This document shows, one piece after another, positions 53,508 to 64,000 of a DNA stretch of 64,000 nt. The stretch lies in the NCBI GenBank assembly GCA_951406725.2, contig OX597817.1:104036001-104100000 (forward strand), in the 5' to 3' direction. Each line of letters begins with the position of its first letter. The stretch's first letter is position 1. The notes under the pieces were generated by a model that saw only the letters and a list, made by a program, of their open reading frames with translations, was not told the origin of the DNA and did not search any database. This DNA comes from Octopus vulgaris. Taxonomy: Eukaryota. Both the position numbers and the translations under genes were made by a program.

Positions 53508-54549
53508 GTTGTTGGACAAGCTTAAGGAGTCTAAAACCAAGCTAGTCTAATTAAACATGTTTAATTTTATTACTAGCCAACGTAATTTGTCAATCTCCCT
53601 TTCAATCATAACTCTCGCTAAGTGTGTGAATGGGACGGCACTACCCTCTCACTATTCAATGGTGCACCCTCAGATTTACAGTGATACACTTATTTCGAAA
53701 CTCCACTTTAGCATTATTACAGATTAGTGCCCACCCAGAATATTCTGAAGCAAGCACCAAAGTCTGGCGACAGGCCGGTTTTCAATCCTCTCAGCTACTT
53801 ACTTCGCTGCTTTATGTTGTATGACATGTGTGAAAGATGGCACACATCATTTGTATTAAAAGCGGTCGTGTGTAAATCAGCGTGCTTCCAATACTGAAGC
53901 CGACATACGAGCTGTATAGAATGATAGGATTCTCAGCAATTGTTTCTCGTTATAACAATTTATTCAGCTCAAACGAAAACAATAATTTTCACAAGTCTAA
54001 CCAGAAAGTACATCGGGACAAGTTTGCCGCAACGGAATATAACAGCAGCAAGGAAAATATTTCTTAGACTACATGGCTTCTGTGGTACTTTTTGAGATAC
54101 AAGCACAGGAAAATTTTCATAATTTTCTTAAATATTCTTCAAGGTCCATTTTTATTAAAATGATGAAAATTAGTATAATTAAGATAGTAAATATTGTTTA
54201 CTAATATTATCAAAATAAGAATAACTGTAGATTGCATACATTGTTTATTAGTGTGATGACTATTACTGATGAGCAGCAATAATTTTTGTAATACTTAGTT
54301 TCAATTCCATGCCGCACTACTTCCATTCAGTTGCGTTTCTTACTCATAATCTGGGTTACCACGTTAAAACCGGTTTTTTAACTTGATAACATGATGAAAA
54401 AGGAATAAAGAAATAGCTTGGCTTCATTAGATGATTAAACCGAAGCTTTGATTCTCAAAAATCGTTTTTATTTCCTATTTTTATAGGTGAAATAATAAAC
54501 CTGTTTACATTTAAATTTAATTACAGTTACTACCTTTATAACCCTACGT

Positions 54550-55873
54550 GGATCTGTTCAGTTTTACTCACAGATTTTTTTAATTCATTTTTTTTTAAAC
54601 TAAACAGTTTGAAACTTTGTATACTGGTGTAATTTCTCACGCAGAACACGGTTTACTTTGAACATTTTTGATAGAATTTCATTTCGTATTTTAGAAGTTA
54701 TTGTATTTGGGCAATTTTAACTAACCACGTGTATTCAGTTGAAGAAAGCTACTGCTGTTTGTGATAGTATTCGAAGAGGAACAACTTCCGGGTCATCTCT
54801 ACTAAATGTCACCACTCTGTTCTATTCGTGTGTTACCCTTTCTTCCTTTCTAGTCAGTACCTTACTCTTTCTCTTTCAGACAGCCAGTTCTACACTATCA
54901 ACTACCAACCAGCGAGCGAACTTGTTACTGCCACTACAATTACCGTATTTTCCGGTGTATAAGCCACAATTTTTTACCTGGAAAATTTTTGTGCGGCTTA
55001 TAGAAAGGTGCGCCTAATATGTGTACTTTTTTTAGAAGTTTCAGGAGGAAAATCATTTGTATGGAGATTGATTGATTCCTCTGATTTTTCAGAGGTAAAG
55101 TCGGTTGGTGAACAGCGTGAAAGACTATGGCTACAGTACATTGGTGCCTGGAAGAAAACAAAGCATATTTGTTTTGTTTTACCTTCATGTTTTGATAATG
55201 TTATTTTTAATCTAATAAAGACTTTTATATTGACGAAATGTGTTGTTGATTATAGTAAGATAAAATCATAACAATAACAATACATCTCAAAGTTGTAAAA
55301 TAAAGCCTTTTGGAACTACACACAGGCCAACAACAAAAAAGTTAGCTGCGGACCCGTTGCGCTGTAGGTCTTTTAAACACTGGTGCGCCCTATGTGTAGA
55401 TAAAACCAAAATCTTCCCCCAAAATTCTGCCCTGCGGCTTAAATACTGATGTCGGGTAAACGAATAAATATATGTAAATAATATTTTTTCCTTCTTGGTG
55501 TTGATTCTTCGGTGTTTACTGGTTACTCCGACACGAGGACAAAAAAAACCCGTGTAATATGCAACACAGGCAGTAAACAAAAAATAAGATAGAACAGAGT
55601 GGTGACATTTAGTAGAGATGACCGGAAGTTGTTCTTCTTCGATTACTATCACAAACAGCAGTAGCTTTCTTCAACCGAATACACGTCGCTGATTGATTAA
55701 AATTAACCAAATACAACTTTAACTCGAAATAACTTCTAAAATACGAAATTTTGTCAATAATGTTCAAAGTAAACCGTGTTCTGCGTGAGAAATTACACCA
55801 GTATACAAAGTTTCAAACTGTTTAATTAAAAAAAATTAATTAAAAAAATCTGTGAGCCAAACTTAACACATCC
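54550..55873. mobile_element. Long-TIR MITE related to 36400-37202, with a nested pogo-type fragment
   Basis: GGATCTGTT../..AACACATCC termini and ~280-bp TIRs. Internal TACCGTATTTTCCGGTGTATAAG pogo-type end at 54941. No clear TSD. Confidence 0.75.
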
Positions 55874-55962
55874 AATTTCTTACATTTTTTAAAAAAAATT
55901 AATGGCGCAACTGCAATATTTTTTTTCCTTAAACCTTTCGTCGACATTATTCTTTCAAGCAA

Positions 55963-56325
55963 TAAGGCGGGGAGCTGGCAGAATCGTAAGCACGCCGGGC
56001 GAAATGCGTAGCGGTATTTCGTCTGCCGCTACGTTCTGAGTTCAAATTCCGCCGAGGTCGACTTTGCCTTTCATCCCTTCGGGGTCGATAAATTAAGTAC
56101 CAGTTACGCACTGGGGTCGATGTAATCGACTTAATACGATTGTCTGTCCTTGTTTGTCCTCTCTGTGTTTAGTCCCTTGTGGGTAGTAAAAAAATAGGTA
56201 TTTCGTCTGCAGCTACGTTCTGAGTTCAAATTCCGCCGGGGTTGATTTTTGCTTTCATCCTTTCGGGGTCTTAATCCCTTCCCCCAAATTTGAGGCCTTA
56301 TATTTCCTGTAGAAAGTATTATTCT
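55963..56325 (+). mobile_element. Young (CpG-intact) SINE family A copy with partial internal duplication
   Basis: AAGGCGGGGAGCTGGCAGAATCGTAAGCACGCCGGGCG..GAGTTCAAATTCCGCCGAGGTCGACTTTGCC; A/B-box-like motifs; the middle block repeats at 56198-56270. Confidence 0.8.
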
Positions 56326-56647
56326 TTCAAACAATATTTAAGTATCATATGCATAAAATCAAGTACCCAATTATTTCTTAATTATAATAAGTTGGTTACA
56401 AGTTTTCCTCTTTCTACACAGTTTCATTTCTTCCATTTTTAGGTATTTCTTCTTGACTTTGATTTTTATGAGTAAACATTACTTTCTATTTTTATGAGTA
56501 AACATTACTTTCTATTGCTGCTTCCTTTAGAAATTCACAGTGATTTCATATCTTTCCTTATCCTATCCATTCTTTCAACGTAAAAAATCTCCTCAAATTT
56601 TCTTTCAAAACCAAGATAATATTTCCTTCCATACAGTTCTTCAAAGT

Positions 56648-59600
56648 ACTGAGTATAGTTAAGTCGATCTCATGTAAAAGACGACCCTCTATTTTTGGCC
56701 AAAAATTGAGAATTTTCCACAGACCCCGCATAAAAGTCGACCCTAGTATTTTACGAACAGCAGGACAGTATTTGTGGGTCAAGGCACCGTATTATCTTGT
56801 ACGTTGAAATAACACTTTTATAAACTTGTGTGATTAACTTACTGTAGCCTGCTCTATAGGTGGAATGCTTGGTACGTATAATGAAATGTTCGGTGCTTAT
56901 AGTAAAATACCATTTAATAGCACGCACGACACATCTGTTGATGGGTGCTACATCACCATTACTAAAATGTATTCACAGGATATGCTGCATGCCTGCATAC
57001 ATCTTCAAGCTCAATAAACACATGCGTCATACATTCGTTGTTTACATGGCGAGAAATGTGTTTCACAAACAACACTTTTGGCGAACACTGGCAAACGCTA
57101 CTGTTTGAATTCGTACAAAGCCATGACTTTGGTAAGCCTAAAAACATTCAATTAATCGCTAGATCAGTGGTTTCCGTGCGATCTTTATATTTTCCTCATC
57201 TCCAAGTGCAATAAACATACGTTCATCTGTTTATATGCTGAGAAACGTATTTCACACACAGCACTATCGTTGAACAACAGCAAAAACCACTGTATGTATT
57301 CGTACAGAGGTATGACTTCGGTAAGCCTAAACACATTTAGTTAATCGCTAGATCAGTGGTTCTCAAACTTTTTTTTTTACCGCGGAATCCTTCGGGATTA
57401 ATCTTTAAAATGTGGTACTCTTAATAACTTTCAGTGAACCCTGGTGTTTTGCAGAACACACTTTAGGAATCCCTGCTCCAGATTAATAACTCTACACCAT
57501 ATTACGGACATTTACTGGTAATTGTAAATGACATACTGCAACATTTTTTTCATGTCTGTGAAGGACAACATATGCACAGAACACGATACACTGTTTACCT
57601 TATAAGAATCGTATGACGAACGCATTCCACGAAATAGCAACATCGTGAGCGTGAATACGATACCACCTAGGCATAAATACATTAACGTTATAATATTACT
57701 GTAAGTTTCATACTGATCTATTTTTTATTACAGCTCTTAGTTCATGGCATAACATAATTTGTACCGTTATTCTTTTCTGCTTTAATGCAGGATTCGATAT
57801 GACGTGCAGCTTTTGACGATTCCTCTCTGCTACAAGGATCTGTTGAACTGTATTGGAGTCAAACTGATAACTTTTATCGAGAAAAATAGCTTAAAATGCT
57901 ATGGCAATTTAAACATAGAAAAAGTAGATGAAAAAACAGAGGGCAATGAAAGAATTTGGCGTGAAAATTTTTTAATATAAGGTCAGAGTCGGTTCATAAT
58001 ATCTCCTTGCAATTCAGCTGACCTCAGTTTCTGTATAACATCCGTGGAATACAGTCGTATAGTTGAGGGTTCAAAATTTCTCCGTCATTTTACGTAAAAA
58101 TGTCCTCCAGATAAAACAAATATACAGCATCATTTAAACTAAAAGTTATTGAAGTTGCTGAGAAGACAAATTACTGTGTAGCAGCAAAAGAATTTTGGGT
58201 TTCAGAGAAACTTGTGAGAGACTGGAGAAAGATATCTAACAAACTTCAGACAATGCCAAAAAGAAAATGTGATAACAGAGGAAAACCTTGCCCGTGGCCA
58301 CAATTGAAGAAAAAAAGTTGCAGAGTGGGTACTTGAAAAATCGTCAAAATGAGAAGTGCGTTGCTCGTGAAGCCATCCGAATACATGCACGAAAAGAATC
58401 AAATAAGATGGAATTGCAGATTTTAAAGCAAGTGCTGGATGGTCACTGGGTGCATGAGGCGTTACAACTTAGTTCTTCGGCAGAGAACTAAGATCGCACA
58501 TAAGTTGCCTGCTGATCTAGACGATAAGATAATAGAGTTTCATCGGTTTGTAATTAGAAATTAGCAGAAAGAGGGGTATGCCTTATCATGTATTGGGAAC
58601 ATGGACCAAAACGCCTGTTACTCTTGACATACCAGAGAATCGGACTGTGAATCAAAAAAGAGAAAAAACAGAGTTCACGAGAACCACTGGCCACGAGAAA
58701 AGTAAGGTTACTTTAGTTCTTTCATGTATGGCTGATGGTACTAAATTAAAACCGATGTTTGTTTTTAAGAGAAAAACAGTGCCGAAGGAGAAATTTCCAA
58801 AAGGAATTGTCATCTATGTGCATCCACATGGATGGATGAAGGTGGATGTAGAAAATGGATAAAGGGAGTTTGGAATTTACGACCCGGTGGACTACGAAAG
58901 GAAAAGTTTGCTCGTGTGGGATCAGTTTGGGACACATCTAGTGAAGAATGTTGTTGATAGCCTCCAATCACAAGATACTGATATAGCTGTAATTCCCGGT
59001 GGACTTATAAGTGTTTTGTAGCCATTAGATGTTAGTATCAATAAGCAATTTAAGACCATGATGAGAATCAAGTGGAATAACTGGATGCGTGATGGAGAAA
59101 AAAACGTACACGAAAGGAGGTAGTATGCGAACTCCATTACTACCTCTGATATGTGATAGTTGATTCATAGAAGGAAATAAAAGTTGAAAAGATCATTCAA
59201 GAAATGTGGAATTTCGAATGCATTGGATGATATAGAAGTCTATTGTCTATGGGATGACATGGATGACGAAGAAGTGGATGATGTGCTGCCTCTAACTATG
59301 GACAGCAAAGATGAAGATAATCGTTATGGTGATATCATTCATCTTGATAATTATGAAGCTTTATTCAGTGCTGAAGATGATGAACAGCTTGATTTTTTAA
59401 ATATTTTAATGAACTCTTGTATGTAAAATACCATGTACCATAATTTTAATTTAAAGCTGTATTACCGTAAATTTCTACTTCACTTTTTGTTGGCATAAAT
59501 AAAAATTTGGTAATTTATTGGTTTTTATTGACATTATTAATTATTTTGATATTTGTTTTATATTTTGGGCCTTAAGCTTCACTGAATTTATAAAAAATAA

Positions 59601-60272
59601 AAATACAGCACAGAAATTGGTACGGTAGTCTCTAACCCAGCTACGAAGAAGAAAACGTTATCGGTGGAGACTGTTGGTGATGAAAAGTGGTGTTGTGCTT
59701 CTACTTCTTTTATTAGTTTTCGCATTTAATTAATTAGAAATAAAAATGCATCACTAATATACTGTGCCGTAATACACTTGTGATGAGTGTGACTTTAACT
59801 ATGAATATAAACACAGTGTAACGTTATTGAAGAGTTACGACATCAAACACACCGAGTAGGTATCAGATGTATGTACCATATTTACGGTAGGTAGTGGCAT
59901 GCCGGTACCGGGTGGATATGTTACAGGTGGTAATGTAATATAATTATGTGATATAAATTGACTTCACTCAGCTAGTCTGTTAAGTATGATGGATACAAAT
60001 AAAAGAGAAAGTGTAAATATTTATAAGAGCTACGCGGTTATTTACTCGGACGTGTTTTAATGCATAGAATTGGTAATATTACTGTAATTCATTGTGCTTT
60101 TGTTTTTATTCGCTTAGAGATCAGTTGGGTTTCTGCTGCTTATACGGTACTTCGGATTCTAGCTTCATTTTCAGCCTCTCAGAAGTAGTACCTATATATC
60201 AAAACTCGACCCCATAAATTGACCTTAAAAATGGTCTAAAAAAATCGACTTATACACGAGTTATATTCGGTA
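56648..60272 (+). mobile_element. Decayed pogo/Tigger-like transposon (transposase ~58100-59426)
   Basis: CENP-B-like HTH remnant (FKLKVIEVAEK), NMDQTP, TTGHEK..MADGTKLKPMFVFK, VWDQF and PLDVSINK motifs. Subterminal AAGTCGA/TCGACTT motifs at both ends; boundaries approximate. Confidence 0.8.
57354..57475. mobile_element. Small hAT-type MITE nested in the pogo element
   Basis: CAGTGGTTCTCAAAC../..TTTAGGAATCCCTG termini with degenerate 8-bp flanks CGCTAGAT/CTCCAGAT. Confidence 0.6.
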
Positions 60273-61097
60273 ACAGTAATTCAACGTTTAGTAGGACTCT
60301 TCCTAAAGAATCTTTTGTGATTTATATTTTAATAAGCACAAAAGCTGTTGGTTTAAAGTCCTCTGCTATTAGTTCCTTCTTGTGCTTCTTTCACAATTCC
60401 ATTCACATCTCGGGTGTATTTTAAGAATATCTAGCATTTAATATCATCAGTTCCAACCAGAAAGTTGAAAGCAAAGTTGTGTGACTCCCTTAACGATTCT
60501 GCCAGTTTACCTATGATTTAAAACTTGTTGCATCCCATGTTGCTTTTGTTGCTTAGTTCTAGGTCTCACCCCTGATCGAATAGAATTATGATCAAAGGCA
60601 TTCCAGCCATGATCATTTTCTCTTTTTAGGACAACACTATTTAACATGGCTTCTCCTTGTATGAGATGGTAGAGTGCAATTTGAGAGAAGGAGATTTAAA
60701 GTCTATTTCTAGTAAACCAAAAAGTTTCTCCGTTTCCAATGCAAACAATATTATTCCGAAGCTGAGTCGCTGGCAACTGATGATATTCAACATCTTTTAT
60801 CTCTAGGAAAAGTATATCACTGTTAACACTTACTCAAATTAAGAGCCCATAACCTAGTCAATCAGACTACTAGAAATAGCAGGTTAAATCACCTCAAATC
60901 ATATTTTACCAGTCTTTAAAAAGAGGAACATCGTATAACACAGTCCTAGGTACACTACCCAAAATAAAGACTAGTTAGCCCTGGTTTGAACGCTTTTTCA
61001 TCATAGTTCTGCTTACATAGAGCTTACATTAGAGTAAACAACTGAAACATGAAAATGTCCTTACCACTCATGTTAGTTAAGGAATATGGATATAAAA

Positions 61098-61609
61098 CAG
61101 GGATGGGAAACTTAGTGGGGCGGGCAAAAATTTCCAGTGAAAAAGGTCTGCGGGCAGACCACAAGCACTAACTCTTACATCTGTGTAAATCTTGTATACA
61201 TCTATGTATAATTCGATATACATTAATAAACATAAGTTTAACACATAACATCTTCATTAACACCACCACTGAATTTAGAACGTTTATTTTACTTATGCGG
61301 TATTCTCTATTTTTCAGCTAGAGTGTAGTTGGATCTGAAGGGGATGGTACAAACCTAGCAATATGTGTTTTATAGAGAATACAAAATTTCTATTCAAATG
61401 GCAATTACTGGACGATTTCTGTTTGAGTCTACCTGTTTTAAGTCGTAGTGGAAACGCAACCTATGTCGCAAATAGGCATATGAATATTATGTAAATTTTA
61501 TAATTGAAAAATTCATTATATTTTGTACATACGAGTATATCGGGCTGCAAGTGCAATAAAATGTGCTCGAGGGCGCAATCGCCCGTGGACGGGAGTTTCC
61601 CCACCCCTG
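61098..61609. mobile_element. hAT-type MITE
   Basis: CAGGGATGGGAAAC../..GTTTCCCCACCCCTG TIRs; 8-bp TSD ATATAAAA/ATCTAAAA. Confidence 0.8.
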
Positions 61610-62402
61610 ATCTAAAACAACAAATATAATATAAGCATTATAGGACAGCCCGTATATCAATATATTTTATTCAGTTTGAGCGACGTCGGTTAGATTTGCC
61701 AGTAGTAAGTTGGAATTTACAACACATTTACAACTCCATAAAATATTTAAACCACTAAAATATGAGGTGTACCACTAAAATATGAGGTCTACAAACCAAG
61801 TACATATTTTTGTGTCCAAGCATCAAGTCATTAAGACAATTGGAGAAACTTTCACTTCACAATTTATTTGTATAGATTTTTTTCCTTTTTTCTGTTGTCC
61901 TACAAACAAGAAAAGCAATAACTGATATAGTTACCATTGACGTATGATAAAGTCAGTGTTTTGTAGTCTTGGGAACAAATGAAACGTTAATCGTTATGGT
62001 TGACTGCTGCTGTAAATACTCTTACGTGTTATTGATTCGTATAGGTGTTTCATAAGCTAGCAACATCATAACAAACAATAAAAGTAAAAATTGGCTTAGA
62101 TGTCAATTAATATCAAACAGCATGGTACTGAGAGATGCATAAAAAGTGTATCGCAAAACTTTGCTGTAAGACACCTAAATAAATCATTAAAATATTGAAC
62201 ACAATGTGTCTCTTATCTGACATTTTATTCTAGATTGCTTTTTCAGCCACTGTCCTTGGAACATCCGCTGATTCGTTGTTGATAACAACGCATCATCACT
62301 TCTCAGTCTTCACAAGCAGACATTGATTAAAATTGTTCGCATTTAGCAAAGGCGATTTCTTATTACACCTTCGCCATCGTAGATTGTCAAACGAATATGT
62401 TA

Positions 62403-62536
62403 TCAGTTCCGATGTGTACATATAAGCTGTTCTATTAATGGTTTCTAATGTCAACATTTCTAACTTATAAGGATTCTTAACTGTTATAAGTTATAAATCA
62501 TTATCAGAGTCGTGTTTATGTGCATGTCGGAACTGA
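62403..62536. repeat. Small palindromic (MITE-like) element
   Basis: TCAGTTCCGATGTGTACATATAA / TTTATGTGCATGTCGGAACTGA inverted ends. Confidence 0.55.
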
Positions 62537-62793
62537 CATCTTATTCAGAACACCAGGTAAATACGTACAATCAAATCGCTTAAAGCAATTGTTGTTTTGA
62601 GTAACTTTGGAGATCTGTGTAAGAATATCAATAAACTGTTCTGTTATGTGTGTGTTGGGGGATTAAACTTGTGCGAAAATCAATGACAAAGAAGTAAAGA
62701 CAAATGTGTTGAGTTCAAAGGCAACTGCATTTTACTTGTCCTTTTTCTTCTCTTTTAATTCCTGATTGTTCTGACAACTATACCATACTTCTT

Positions 62794-62839
<46 letters not shown>

Positions 62840-64000
62840 GTGTGTATGTGTGTGTGTGCGTGTGTGTGTGTATGTATGCCTGCATACATACATACATACA
62901 TACATACATACATACATACATACATACATACATACATACATACATACATACATACATACATACACACACACATATACATATACATACACTTAAAAGTGAT
63001 GTTCAGCTGTTCAGTGTATTTTCAATATGAAGGCTCTATTAATCAGTCTCCGCGTCTAATCATGCTACTTCAAGTTTTAAAAAGTAGCATTTTGTATTTG
63101 TAAAGAAAAAATGTTTTAAAATATGAAGAAACCGCTGCAAACAGAATAAAGAATTGAAACAGTTAGAAAGAGATGGATGATTGAAAGATGACAAAAAGTG
63201 AGAATTTCATTCTAGTTATATGCTCTCTTTTAGTGAGTCGTAGATGATGCAAAAATGAATTTATTTTATTTCGGACAGCATTGTTGCTTGATAATTTATA
63301 CATTTTGATATGCATAAGTATGATTGGCTTCAATATTTGGCACAAAGCTAGCAATTTAAGGGAAGGGATAAGTCGATTATATCAACCCCAGTGCTCAACT
63401 GAGGCAAAGTCGACCTCAGTAGAATTTTTAACCCAGAACGTAAAGACGGACGAAATACCGCAAACATTTTGCCTGGCGTACTAACGCTTCTGCCAGCTCA
63501 ACGCCTTTGCACATGTATGATTAAAAGAACAAAATAAGTCGTAGTTTTCCCTATATTTAAAAAATAAATAGATTTAAACTTCTTTTTCATTTGATTTCCA
63601 ATGCGAAACGAAGTCAAAGATTGAGACCCACAATTCCAAAGGATGACTGATGGAAGTCGGAGAGATTCTTAAGTACACCAGTTGCATGGAAATGTAATCG
63701 AAAGTGAACACCATCATGCTGATATATTGTGAACCACCAAATATGAACTAATTTTTTAAAATTTCCCTAGATCATGTCAATGGCTACCTTTGCTTATATA
63801 CTCTAGTTTCTTCTAGATCGTAACACTGATACATTGACATAGTAGCTAAAGAGAGTACAAATAAATAGCGTTCCAAAATATATATTATTTTTTCATAATA
63901 AGAATCTAGAGTTTAATCTGTCGAAATTTCCACTGAGCCAGTTTTAAAGTATTTAGATATAATTTCACATGGACTGAAAGAACTTTGAACAGCAACATAA

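Noticed and set aside
62020-62115. Signal-peptide-like minus-strand stretch with a GT donor as an upstream exon of the membrane protein
   Set aside because: It has an in-frame TGA, and its phase-2 donor is incompatible with the phase-1 acceptor at 53141.

Overview
AT-rich, repeat-dense animal genomic DNA. The SINE/LINE families and microsatellite load suggest an octopus-like cephalopod, but this is inference. Host genes: (1) the first six coding exons of CDC45 on the minus strand (ATG at 27095, running off the left end), and (2) a compact two-exon minus-strand gene for an unrecognised 238-aa single-pass membrane protein (53507-52438). The rest is transposon-derived: mariner, pogo/Tigger, hAT and piggyBac-type elements or MITEs, Helitrons (including a perfect head-to-tail dimer), RTE, Tx1/L1 and CR1-like LINE fragments, tRNA-derived SINEs, a 5S rRNA pseudogene, and several Penelope-like element (PLE) pieces. 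The most striking signal is a set of type I hammerhead ribozyme (HHR) motifs inside fold-back (inverted-repeat) mini-elements next to (TA)n tracts. Two of these palindromes (50849-51071 and 51233-51808) carry one hammerhead on each strand. A long-TIR MITE carrying a telomere-like TTAGGG array is also present. All calls were made by eye, without database searches.
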